Assembly (NCBI RefSeq): GCF_006345805.1
Contig: NC_043010.1
Coordinates: 41,850,001-41,914,000 of the forward strand
Direction: 5' to 3'
DNA length: 64,000 nt
Source of the DNA: Octopus sinensis
Lineage: Eukaryota
The notes under the pieces were generated by a model. It was not told where the DNA came from, searched no databases, and was given only the letters and a program-made list of their open reading frames with translations. The first letter of the stretch is position 1; every line of letters starts with the position of its first letter. Below are positions 50,960 through 63,188 of this stretch, one piece after another. The translations under genes were made by a program, and so were the position numbers.

Positions 50960-51575
50960 TGCGGTGGTTGTCTACTCCTGATGCAGAGTCTGACCACCTC
51001 ATGTACCAACACCTTAGATCGATCATGGCATCTGATGTGGCTTTTTAAACCAGACAATATATTGAAAAAACACTCACATAGATTGCATATCCGATTTGGA
51101 CCACCAGGTGCTGCAGTTAAGTTCTGATCTTTGTGGATTTTAAAATGACTATTGGGGCCTCCATTAGATTTGCAGACCTTATGGAATACACGGTATTGAA
51201 AAATATGCAAGATATATCGGCAGAATAGGTGGTGGAGGTTCGCTTTTCATGGGTCTGCAAATGAGATTTGAGACCAGCAAAAGAAAGGCATGGTCTGTCA
51301 CAAACTGTCACTGAGATTAACCTTCTCGATCGCAACTAACTTTTTTAATTCCTTCTTGAGTCTTGCATGTGTTATCCTGGCCTCTCCAAACGCTTTCACT
51401 CTAGTTCACACTTTTGATCTCCATCCAGCTATATCCGAAGCAAGGGTTTCTATGGCCTTTGGATCCATTCCAAATAACTTCATAGCTGTCCTTATATATA
51501 TAAAATTTCGTTCCTGTCAAAATATATTCGTCGCTTTGAACCGGAGACCTGTTCGCTGACAATACTTCACTAAAG
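50960..51575 (-). mobile_element. RTE-clade LINE 3' end with C2H2-like fingers, abutting a (TATG)n tract
   Basis: TKFYIYKDSYE, CDRPCLSFAGLKSHLQTH and CNLCECFFNILSGLKSHIRCH. Confidence 0.7.
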
Positions 51576-51609
51576 TAATGCAGCAAGAAGTTTTGTCAGT
51601 TAGCACGCA

Positions 51610-51645
<36 letters not shown>

Positions 51646-51709
51646 CACGCACATTCATTGCCTTTCACTTGTGTGTATGTGTATCTATGTGTGTGCGCGA
51701 GTGTGTATT

Positions 51710-51745
<36 letters not shown>

Positions 51746-52813
51746 TTTTGATATCGCTCATTCAACTTGATTGAGTATATTTTGGCTTAGTAATATAGAA
51801 TGTTTGGAAACTGTGAATAAGGTGCATGTTTCGAGTAACTTGTCGGTAACTTTTTTCTTTTCGTCTTCTAATAGTAATTGCCCAACTTTCTAGGCTCTTG
51901 TCACAGCTACCCCACGTTCAAAATTTATACCGGTTTTCAAAAAAAAATTTCAGCCACTAAATATTGTTTCTACATTACGTATACATTAATACATTAATAG
52001 AATAAACTATCAGTTTTCTAAACAGAGAATGAAAACTTAAAAGAGAAAGTAAGAGACTTTGCAACTGAAAATGGAATATTCCCGATGAAAGCAATAAATA
52101 TTTAAATCTGTGAAGAATTATACACAGTGAATGCAATGAATATTTAAATCTGCGAGAAATTGGAGTTAAAAAAATTCAATGAAGTTGAGAAATCGAAATT
52201 ATGTTCTTAGAACATGAATTTCCAAACGGACAACCCTTTAATAGTTTCTTTCTTTTGGTACTTTTAGTGATTGTTACATACCTATTTAAATAAGCAGCTT
52301 TCTCCATCAGTCTGGAAGAATCAAAATGTGTCAAGAATGTGATTTTATGACGGTACCTTCCTGATGAAGGAGACATTGACCGCATGATTTGTAAGATTTT
52401 TTATCAATTTTTCTACCAGGTCATGAACTCTGGAAACGACCGTAGAAAGTAGACTTCTACTAGAAAGTAGACTTCTTCTAGAAAGTAGAAAGTATTATAT
52501 ATCTTATATACCATTTATATATTTAAAAAAGGAACACATCGATTTCTATGGATCTTTATATTTTAACTCTTAACCGCTCTTACTTTCAGAACAAAAAAAA
52601 AATCATCCGTTCCCTTTTTCTCACACTTCCTTCTATAGTACACAACGTGGGTTTTATTTACATGTATTTTTCTGTATATTTATATTTATATTTTATAAAT
52701 ATTAAAAAAAAATATTCCTATGTGTCGATATGTATTAATATATGTATGCGCATTTTAAGTCGAATTTATAACTGTATAAGTATGATTAACTAAATTGAAT
52801 ATATATCTTAATT

Positions 52814-52866
<53 letters not shown>

Positions 52867-53095
52867 TCGGCTCAAGATTGTAAGGTCGTGAGTACAATTC
52901 CACCCTGTGCATTGTGTCCTTCACCAAGACACTTTATTTTACATTGCTCCAGCTGGCAAAAGTGAGTACTACTTGTATTTCAAAGGGCCAGCTCTGTCAC
53001 ACATTGTGTCACGCTGAATCGCCCTGAGAACTACGATAAGTGTACACGTGTCTGTGGAGTGCACGTTAATTTCACGTAAATTTCGCGAGCAATCT
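52867..53095 (+). mobile_element. SINE family S3-like copy
   Basis: caaagggccagctctgtcacac..gtcacgctgaatc is the reverse complement of the body at 24580-24670. Confidence 0.8.
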
Positions 53096-53542
53096 CTTTC
53101 TAGTGTTTATAATGATTCTGATATCGGAATCGGTTACCAAAGGTCTATGCCTTTTAAGAGGAAGCATTTTGATGTTGTGAGATAGATATCGAACGAGGTG
53201 AACTTGCAGATTGCTTTATTACAACTACTATCTACCCATTTTTACTCATAACGAGTGAATTGAGGCTATAGAAAATTACATTTTCCCAAGACTACACGCA
53301 GTAGGAAGGAATTCGGGACCCCATGGTTGCAAATCGAAGTTCATAACCATTTGGCTATCATTCTCTAACGCATAAGCGAACGCGTACACAACAAAATATG
53401 CATATCATGTTTGTGAATGCGCGTATGTACTTTTCTCTTTCTCTCTTCTTCTTTCTAAACACACACACACACACACAAGTATGAAGCTGAGACTTTCTGC
53501 GTGAATCAAACTAATTTTTATCCAGAATATTATATATCCTAT

Positions 53543-53575
<33 letters not shown>

Positions 53576-53655
53576 GATATTAGGCTCCAAACGTACAGGG
53601 AAAAATTAGATTTAGGATTACATCAAATTTCATAGTAATAATATATAAAATATAA

Positions 53656-53929
53656 AATATGAATTAGAGATAAAACCACTACTTATATTATATTTATTAT
53701 ATTATTCTTAGATTATTATTATATTATATTATATTCACTTATTATATTATATTTATCATTCTTTTTATACTTTTTGGAAAACAAAATTTGTTTTTTAAAT
53801 TTTAATTTTATATATATATATATATTATGTATTATATTAATTACGTTTATATTATTTGTTATTTATGTATTGGCTTATGGGTATGACTGTTTGAGTTACC
53901 TAATAGTGGTTTTATCTCTAATTCATATT
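53656..53929. repeat. 26-bp perfect inverted repeats around an AT-rich spacer (MITE/foldback-like)
   Basis: aatatgaattagagataaaaccacta (53656-53681) versus tagtggttttatctctaattcatatt (53904-53929). Confidence 0.75.
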
Positions 53930-53938
53930 ATACATGTA

Positions 53939-54005
53939 TCTATATAATAAAAATCCCGTTCTCTGTGCGTGTATATATATATGTGTGTGTGTGTGTATGT
54001 GTGTG

Positions 54006-54036
<31 letters not shown>

Positions 54037-54400
54037 CGTGTGTGTGTGTAAAATATCAACTGATTTTCTTCAAACATACATCACTTATATTCCAGGGATA
54101 GTTTTAGATTCTTAAAATTTTTCACATAAGTAACGGGCAGAAATCACATATTTCTGGCTTACGTGGACAAGTAACTCTGCGAAGTAACTTTTAGATTGTT
54201 TCCCTAATATCCATTGCTCAAAAAACTTATCACAATCCCATCTAATATATTAAATAGAGATGTGTGTGCATTCGCTTTTCACTCGAAAATGGCTTCACCA
54301 ATTGCTTCCATACTTTTGATGCGTGAATAATTTGACTTCGGACACACGTTAAGCACTTTAATTTTTTTTGTTAGAAATAGAAAGATATTGCTGTTTGTAT
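53939..54400 (+). mobile_element. Possible non-autonomous Helitron 5' portion
   Basis: Starts A|TCTATATAATAAAA..., followed by (TG)n. No clear 3' hairpin/CTAG was found. Confidence 0.3.
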
Positions 54401-54474
54401 TACATTCACATCTTTAAAAGTGTTTTAAAATATTTACTTCCAGTTTTCTAGCGTCAGTGATGTGTATATATCTC

Positions 54475-54544
54475 TCTATCCATATCTCTCTATCCATCTC
54501 ACTCTATCTATCTCTATCCATCTCTATGTCTATCTCTCTGTCTA

Positions 54545-54605
<61 letters not shown>

Positions 54606-54651
54606 GTCTGTCTGTCTGTCTGTCTGTCTGCCTGTCTGTCTGTCTGTCTGC

Positions 54652-54682
<31 letters not shown>

Positions 54683-54714
54683 CCTATATCTATCTTATTT
54701 GTCTAACTAGGTAG

Positions 54715-54748
<34 letters not shown>

Positions 54749-54892
54749 CATCACATTCACTCTCTATTGTTTTCACTTTCATTTTCCAGACGCTTTTTTG
54801 TTTTCACTTTAAGTTCAATCGCTATTGATTTCCCTGTAAGACTTCAATCGCTTTTACAAACAACAAATTTATTATTATTATTACTATTATTA

Positions 54893-54925
<33 letters not shown>

Positions 54926-54950
54926 TATTATTATTATTATTATTATTATC
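54475..54950. repeat. (TCTA)n/(TCTG)n/(CT)n and (ATT)n microsatellites
   Basis: Directly visible. Confidence 0.95.
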
Positions 54951-55494
54951 ACCATCAATTAATTAATATATTAATTAAATGTATTTATACATATAATTAT
55001 CTAAAAGAAAGCAATTGTTAAAGGGTTGACCGTTTGGAAATATTTTTTTATCAATTCATGCTCTAAGAAATTTTCTATAATTTCGATTTCTGAAATTTAT
55101 TGATTTTTTAACTCCAATTTCTCGCAAATTTAAATATTCATTGCATTCACTGGGGAATATTCCATTTTCTCGTGCAAAGTCTCTCACTTGCTCTTTAAAG
55201 CTTTCATTCTCTATTTGGAAAACCGATAGTTTATTCTATTAATGTATATGTAATGTAGAAATATTATTTACTGAATGAAAATTTTAAAAAAATATCCGTA
55301 TAATTTTTGAACGTGGGATAGCTGTGAGAAGAGCCTAGAAAGTTGGGTGATTACTATTAGAAGAAGAAAAGAAAAAAGTTACCGACAAGTACTAGAAATT
55401 TGCACCTTATTCACAGTTTCTAAACATTTTATAGCACTAAGCCAATATATACACAAACACGTTGCATGAGCGACTTCAACAGTGATACACACAC

Positions 55495-55525
<31 letters not shown>

Positions 55526-55744
55526 TTAATACACTCTCGCGCACACACATAGATACACATACACACAAATGAAAGGCAATGAAAGAGTGTGTACGTGTGT
55601 TTATGCGTGTGTGTGTGCGTGCGTGCATTCTCACTGAGAAAACTACGTGCTGCATCACTTTTGGTGAAGTATTGCCAGTGAAAACTACGAATATATTTTG
55701 ATATAAACGGATTTTTAATGCTATTTTCTACGAAATTCTTGGGG

Positions 55745-55830
55745 AAGGGGTCAGTCGATTAGATCGACTCCTGTATGATACTTGATTTATCGACCCCGAA
55801 AGGATGAAAGGTAAAGTCGACTTCGGCAGG
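55745..55830 (-). mobile_element. SINE family S2 fragment
   Basis: tttatcgaccccgaaaggatgaaaggtaaagtcgac matches 13825-13860. Confidence 0.8.
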
Positions 55831-56613
55831 TGAAATTTTAATGTTGAGGTGAAACTGATAATACTTTAATACAGAGGTCCCTGCATGTGTATGCAAATAT
55901 AGTATTGGTATATGCCATTTATGTTCATTAGAAATTGAATAAATAAAGAATTTTGACTGTACGAATATTTATCTCCCCCCACCGTACGTATATAAGTACA
56001 TTTACTTGTTAGTTACTGTGAATAATCCTTATATATGTAACTTCAAATTTGGTTACTCCTGAAAAACTAGTAATATTATTATAGCCTAACTGTATATAAT
56101 TGTGGTAATATAGGTTGTAGTTATTGTAGCTTTAAGTTTCTCTTCATATTTATTACGGAAGTCTCCCTCAGATAAACTAAATAAATAAAGAACATTTTTT
56201 GTTAGTTACTTTAACCACAATAACATTAAATAAGAGAAGACTTGTTATATATTACCAACGTAATATATTATCCTTTATATTAATTTACACGTTTTATTAC
56301 AGTCTCTAGATTAAGTAAGACCCTGACACTTAATTTATACACTTATATATTGTTGCTGTATGTTATCAAAATAGCCAAATTGTCTTCGACTTAAACGAAT
56401 TTGGATTAATATTATTTGAGATAAATAGAAATATATTTCGATAGTTGTAGATTCTATTTACTTAATTATTTTGTCCGTTATAATTTTGTTGTTTTTAATT
56501 GTAATTGTTATGTAGTTGGAAGGTCAACGCTCACGCTCCTAAACATAGGCATTTGAGCTAATTGTTTTACAATCCAGCCGTCCTTTCACACGAAATTTCG
56601 TCTGTCTAAACCA

Positions 56614-56696
56614 AAGCTCCGAAGAGACTTATATAAATAGAAGTGAATTGTTTGTACATAAAATAATGTATATAAGTCGAAACAAATTGTTGACTA
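56614..56696 (+). ncRNA. Degenerate hammerhead motif with long stem II (U4>C)
   Basis: aagct-CCGAAGA-gacttatata...tatataagtc-GAAA-CAAATTG-TT-gacta; perfect 10-bp stem II base. Confidence 0.55.
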
Positions 56697-56789
56697 TTTT
56701 TGTTTTTTAATGATTTTTCATAGTATATTATGTTATATTGTAATATAAATAAATTATAGGATTGTCAATTGAATCTCTCTAATTTATTG

Positions 56790-56891
<102 letters not shown>

Positions 56892-57391
56892 GTGTGTGTG
56901 TGTGTGTGTGTGTTTGTGTGTGTGTGCGTGCGTATACATATATATGTATGTATATATGTATATATATATACATAATGAATTATAAAACGAATGGTTTACA
57001 CCTGGTAGCTTACTGGTAATGCACAGCCACTTTCACAGTGATCGTTATGTATATGGCAAATGAAAGACGGAAGATAGCATATACGAGAATTTATTATTAA
57101 TTACGACAGATGTTTCGACACATTTAGCATCGAATCCTCATGTGTGGGACACTGAACAACTGGTTCAGGAGCATGCGGCGGTGCAGATGTATCTCGTCGG
57201 GTGATAAATAAATAAAACTCGTTAAAATAATTGGTGTGCCACAGAAAGAAAAGCAGGCAAACAAAGAAAATATCTTCATTTATACAGATAAAAAATAAAT
57301 CAAAAATAAAGTTACATATAGCAAAAAGAGAAACGAAGACGCAATCCAGCGAGAAAAGTATTTGCCCTTGTGGCAAAAATTTGAAATAAAA

Positions 57392-57434
<43 letters not shown>

Positions 57435-57484
57435 TAATAATAATAATAATTATTATTATTATTATTATATTATTATTATTATTA

Positions 57485-57560
57485 AAGCGGTGAGCACGTT
57501 AGCACGCCGGACGAAATGCTTAGCGGTATTTCGTCTGTCCTCATGTTCTGAGTTCAAATG
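57485..57560 (+). mobile_element. SINE family S2 head fragment after an AAT/ATT array
   Basis: gttagcacgccggacgaaatgcttagcggtatttcgtctg. Confidence 0.8.
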
Positions 57561-58029
57561 CAATGTATTAATATATTTAATTTATGTAAATGTGTATATG
57601 CAATAAATTGTTATACATTCGGAAATATTTATAGCTTTTAAGTGTTTTAGTATTCTAAAATTCTGTTACTATGATAGGAGTAATTTTTGAATGCCCATGA
57701 TATTATTGAAGACTAGAGAATAAAATCTTCATTTGAGTTAAGATGCAACACTGAAGAAGTTTTATCGATATTTTAAGGGTTTGCGGGCGACAGAACTTCC
57801 ATATTAAAAGACGTATTGATTGACTTTGAATAAGGGTTGATAACGAGTTATCAGCATTTTTGTTCAGGATTTTAAAAGTATTTGTATTCGTGTGTATGTG
57901 TGTGCCTTTGTATGTACGTGTGGTGTATTGATAAAATGTTTTCAAGGAATGAGTGGTTAAACCTATTCAAGAAATTAAGGTCGAGATGGGGTGACTGACC
58001 GTAGCACAATAAAACAAAACTCTGGCAAT

Positions 58030-59060
58030 ACAGTTTTCTTCAAATGGAGAATTGTTGATGCACTAAAAATTGGATGTGTTTTACTTGAGAAGCTAGAAAT
58101 TTTAGTTTTAATATTTTTGGATATGTTTATGCTTAATGATTTTTGATTACCGAGCTTGTGATATTTGTGGTTTAGTGGGAAATACTGCAGTAATTTTGTT
58201 TTTAATTTTGTCTGCAGATATTAAAACTTTATAAGTTGAACGACAGATTATACCGGATTATACCAATGTTCACTTAGAATTCGTTTATGTTCGATAGTTA
58301 TTAAAACTATATTCTTTTGGTTATGGTTTACTGTTTTTGTGTTGCCGTGCTACTGAGTAATTCGTTATAATGCTTAAATGGGTCCAATGGAAAATATAGT
58401 ATAAGGCATTTAAGATACATTTATATCTACATTTTTAATAACACTATTGGGCTGTCTGCATATTTCGAAAATATATTGAAGCATTTTATTTGATTTTTAT
58501 AAGGTGCATATTGAGAGCTGTCTTGTTTTATAATGACATCACAAATATAGTCGAATTTTTATGTGAGCGTCAGTTTTACTAGAGAAAATTACATTTTGAA
58601 AAGATTATGGAGTTTCTTAAGAGTAATCTATCAGTAGTTTTTAGATTGAAGCTACTTAATAATAGCAAACGGTTGTCTCGATATAAACCAGCGGAGATTA
58701 TTGGATGTCTTTCAAGCAATGCAAGAATATAATCCTCGAGAAGTTTCCGTAGGAAGCATTTCGGTAAACTTTATTTTAAAAACAGTAGCTTTTTTCATTG
58801 GAATGCATATCTATTATTGCACTATTTGAAGGACAGTATATATTTATAACGTCCTCTTTAATACAAAAAAAGCTTATTTATTAATATAGACATTTTTTTT
58901 ATATGGAAACAAGTTTGAAAGCTCAATATGAGAACTTTTCAAGATGACAAATTTTGTAGTTTCTCTCTAATTAGAGTTTTATAAAGAATGATAGAAACGG
59001 ACATTTGTCATTTATAAATATGTTAGGGGTGGCAAAAAGGGAGCAGTTGATTTAATGGGG
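58030..59060 (-). pseudogene. Penelope-like element RT plus linker, highly decayed
   Basis: GLYRDNRLL (cf. GLYRDDGL) near 58670-58690, QPNSVIKNVDINVS (cf. NHPPSIIKNIP), YFPLNHKYHKL..KNIKTKISS (cf. HFP..HKYHKIFN..NIK..ISSHN). Confidence 0.65.
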
Positions 59061-59212
59061 CGAATAGAAATTATTATAATAATAATGACTAAAGTGGGAT
59101 TACTCTCGATGTATGACTAATGGGAAAAGAAATAATGAGATATGACCATATACGGGCTGAAGGGTGTGCGGAAATAGTGTGCATTGTGGAAAAGTAATAT
59201 ACATGCGATTAA

Positions 59213-59338
59213 AGAAATACTTTAACGGTTCAAGAAATTTTAAAACAAACCCCATAAATTTGAAAAATGTTAGAGAAATACTTTAACGGTTCAAGAAATT
59301 ATAAAACAAAACCCATAAATTTGAAAAATGTTAGAGAA
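59213..59338 (+). repeat. 61-bp tandem duplication
   Basis: gaaatactttaacggttcaagaaatt...gaaaaatgttaga at 59214 and 59275. Confidence 0.9.
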
Positions 59339-59904
59339 AAATGAGGAAAAGTGGCTCTATAAATTTACGGCTGGGCTCTTATTGCTCAATGTTTATAGAT
59401 TTTAAATGATTTTCATTTTAGTTTAAAAATCGTAAAAATTCAGCTTCTGTAAAAAGATGCAAAACTTGTATTTTTATGTCTAACTTCAAATAATGTTTGA
59501 AGTTAGACATTTGTGTCTATTAAACAAAATTTTCCCAGTTTTTAAATTCAGATTTTTTTGAACGAATTAACGACTAAACCTATATATAAACTGAATTTCT
59601 CCTCAGTTGATATTCGCCCGAAAGTATATTTAAACTAGACAACACTCAGTATGTACATTACAAAAACCAAAAAAGAACAAGTTCAATATCATTTTCAAAA
59701 TATCCATACAAGTCAATAGTATTACTAAAAAATTAATAATTAGCCGTTCAAAAATTCAGACGCAATCTAGTATATTTATTGACTTGTTTTTAATACGCTT
59801 TCATATATACATTTGTGCATACATTTTTCACTAACGAAATTCCATAATGAGTAGCATTATCTTAAGATTGAATGTTATGGATTTATCTCTTTTCCTGCTT
59901 GTAT

Positions 59905-60122
59905 ATGTTTGTGCGTCTGTGCTTGTCTCCCCAACATCGCTTGACAACCGATGCTGATGTGTGTTTAAGTCCCTGTAATCTAGCGGTTCGACAAAAGAGC
60001 ACCGATAAATAAATAAATAATAGGCTTACAAAGAATAAGTCCTGGGGTCGATTTGCTCGACTAAAAGGTGATGCTCCAGCATAGCCGCAGTCAAATGGCT
60101 GGAACAAATAAAAGAATGAACG
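59905..60122 (+). mobile_element. SINE family S1, 3' half
   Basis: catcgcttgacaaccgatgctg...ccagcatagccgcagtcaaatg. Confidence 0.88.
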
Positions 60123-60286
60123 AATATATATTGGGAAGCGCTCAGTCTTATCAGTAAAGGTGCGAAACTGAATATTGTCAACTGGTCGATAACTGATGAA
60201 GAATTACGGACGTTCTGTTTGTCCCCCGTTCACTTTTACATTCAGCATACGTTATGTCGTTTGTTTATTTACCACACATTCTTTTC

Positions 60287-60361
<75 letters not shown>

Positions 60362-60487
60362 GGTGCCCCAGCATGGCCACAGCTCATGAGCTGAAACTGG
60401 AAAAATCAAAAATAAAAATCATATATATATATATATATATATATATACGAAAGAAGGTTTGAAAATGCAATTTAAAAGATGTTTATT

Positions 60488-60530
60488 TACTTAACCGGTT
60501 TCACTCTTTGGAAAAAGATTGTCAAAAGTA
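60488..60530 (-). ncRNA. Minimal hammerhead motif, U3-A8 variant (mirror copy)
   Basis: Exact reverse complement of 60534-60576. Confidence 0.65.
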
Positions 60531-60533
60531 ACA

Positions 60534-60576
60534 TACTTTTGACAATCTTTTTCCAAAGAGTGAAACCGGTTAAGTA
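60534..60576 (+). ncRNA. Minimal hammerhead motif, U3-A8 variant
   Basis: TACTT-TTGACAA-tctttttccaaagagt-GAAA-CCGG-TT-AAGTA; perfect 5-bp stem I and palindromic stem III. Confidence 0.65.
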
Positions 60577-60994
60577 AATAAACATCTTTTAAATTGCATT
60601 TTCAAACCTTCTTTCGTATATAATTCCACTCGTGCGATACCCCACAACTCAACTTTGTTTTATATATATATATAATATAATAATAATTATAAACTATTTT
60701 TATAAGCTTATAAGAGTTCATTCATGCACTGGCTTTAGAAAATGGGCTGACATTGGGTATGTAAGCACTCGACGGAATAAAATGGCTATTAGTACGCGTA
60801 CCAATACTACATTTTTTCGGTCGAGGGCTTATATGCCCTAATATTACACTATTTTCTACACCCAATACACGGTGAACGCTTATAAGCTTACAGCATATAA
60901 ATATTTTGTTTCTGTATTTGGTTTGCAAGATTCTTTATGTGAATTCGTGTACTGAAGCATATTTTATTGTGTCTATTGAGAGTCAATCTCTTTT

Positions 60995-61130
60995 AGTGCC
61001 TTATTAATTTAACAAACTCACTGGTCCGATTTCCACTCATTTACTTATTTATTTATTTTATATTATTTTAAAATAGATAAGTAAATTATTGAAATTCGAG
61101 CCGGTGAGTGTGTTAAATTAATAAGGCACT
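60995..61130. repeat. Imperfect inverted repeat with ~55-bp arms
   Basis: agtgccttattaatttaacaaactcactgg versus ccggtgagtgtgttaaattaataaggcact. Confidence 0.75.
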
Positions 61131-61226
61131 GAAAGCGAATGCCACAATAACTTATAATTATTTATATAACATCCACTCGTCACCATTTCTTCATCTAACG
61201 TAGATTATATATATATATATATATAT

Positions 61227-61472
61227 CAGATGTTGTTACACATCGCTGGCCACAATGCGTTCGCACTGTTTTAGCCTTCGAATGACGCCACCCCGCTGGC
61301 TAAGCGAGCAGGCCAACAGAAGAAAGAGTGAGAGAAAGAGTGGTGAAAAATCACCACCCCCTGCCGGGGGTGTTTTCGTTCAATAAACACTCACAACGCC
61401 CGGTCTGGGAATCGAAACCGCGATCCTACAACCGCGAGTCCGCTGCCCTAACCACTGGGCCATTGCGCCTCC
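61227..61472 (-). mobile_element. SINE family S3
   Basis: Minus head ggaggcgcaatggcccagtggttagggcagcggactcgcggttgtaggatcgcggtttcgattccc. Confidence 0.9.
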
Positions 61473-61498
61473 ACACACACATATATATATATATATGT

Positions 61499-61568
<70 letters not shown>

Positions 61569-61584
61569 CATACATATATATATA

Positions 61585-61640
<56 letters not shown>

Positions 61641-61661
61641 ATATATATATTATATATATAT

Positions 61662-63188
61662 GAATTAGAAGCAGCAAAGTCGAACATGCACGAGGTTTGT
61701 GTATTGTTAGTTTGTCGGGCGGATGCGTTTTTAGGCGTAAGAGAATATGTTCTCAATGCCTATGGCCTAGCCATTTAGACAGCTCACAACAGACCCTCTT
61801 CAATATGTAGCATTGAGAAGTTAAAACAATGACGGTACATCGATGTCTGTCGCTCCGAAGAAAAAAGTATTTGATGTGGGTTATCTCACTTGGTTATGAC
61901 TTGCTTTCAGCTGTTTTTGCTCCAAGTGCATTGATAATATTTTCCCTTATGCCTAAAAATCGCAACTGCCCGACAAACTAACAACACACACACCTTGTCC
62001 TTGCGTGTTCTAATTTGTTTATATTTATACATATGCAAATTGTTATAATTTCAAATATGTTTCAGGCATATTCGAACCCATAATAAAGCCACTGACTCTA
62101 TCTTGTCATGGAGAAAATTACTTACGGTAGACTGATGGGTGTAAATACATCGAGTCAGTTCACACCACTTCCTAACCAGACTGTTGGATGTATGTATTTC
62201 GCAGAGGAAATCCATGCATCCAGCTGTCTGGTTAGGGTGCACCAAGAACTGACTCGGTGTATTTACACCTATTTATCTGCTGCGAGAAATTTTCTCCCTG
62301 ACAAAGTACATGAATAGCTTTCTCACGGGTTTGAATATGCCTCAAGCATATTTGAGTCGGTAACAAATATGCACTTATACACATCGCTGCTTAGTACTAG
62401 CACCCTGTATATATATATATTTATATATATATTTATATATATATGAATTAGAAGCAGCAAAGTCGAACATGCACGAGGTTGTGTATTGTTAGTTTGTCGG
62501 GCGGATGCGTTTTTAGGCGTAAGAGAATATGTTCTCAATGCCTGTGGCCTAGCCATTTAGACAGCTCACAACAGACCCTCTTCAATATGTAGCATTGAGA
62601 AGTTAAAACAATGACGGTACATCGATGTCTGTCGCTCCGAAGAAAAAAGTATTTGATGTGGGTTATCTCACTTGGTTATAACTTGCTTTCAGCTGTTTTT
62701 GCTCCAAGTGCACTGATAATATTTTCCCTTATGCCTAAATATCGCAATGCCCGACAAACTAACAACACACACACCTTGTCCTTGCGTGTTCTAATTTGTT
62801 TATATTTATACATATGCAAATTGTTATAATTTCAAATATGTTTCAGGCATATTCGAACCCATAATAAAACCACTGACTCTATCTTGTCATGGAGAAAATT
62901 ACTTACGGTAGACTGATGGGTGTAAATACATCGAGTCAGTTCACACCACTTCCTAATCAGACTGTTGGATGTATGCATTTCGCAGAGGAAATCCATGCAT
63001 CCAGCTGTCTGGTTAGGGTGCACCAAGAACTGACTCGGTGTATTTACACCTATTTATCTGCTGCGAGAAATTTTCTCCCTGACAAAGTACATGAATAGCT
63101 TTCTCACGGGTTTGAATATGCCTCAAGCATATTTGAGTCGGTAACAAATATGCACTTATACACATCGCTGCTTAGTACTAGCACCCTG
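61662..63188. repeat. Tandem duplication (period ~783 bp); each unit is a MITE-like foldback plus a ~305-nt hairpin, bounded by (TA)n
   Basis: Units 61662-62407 and 62445-63188 differ by scattered substitutions. Internal IRs at 61705-61748/61937-61983; hairpin at 62051-62355. Confidence 0.9.

Larger units (their letters stand above)
60442..60622. repeat. Perfect palindrome with 89-bp arms and a 3-nt loop (ACA), made of two inverted PLE-type terminal repeats
   Basis: 60442-60530 is the exact reverse complement of 60534-60622; starts in (TA)n. Confidence 0.92.

Noticed and set aside
57095-57150. Minus-strand ...catga-ggattc...GAAA-CATCTG-TC-gtaa
   Set aside because: The core has two mismatches and stem I is absent; possibly an old HHR but unsupported.
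60140-60200. GAAA-ctgaatatt-GTC-aactg and a nearby CTGATGA
   Set aside because: The core upstream of GAAA reads CTTATCA, and the downstream CTGATGA has no following GAAA.
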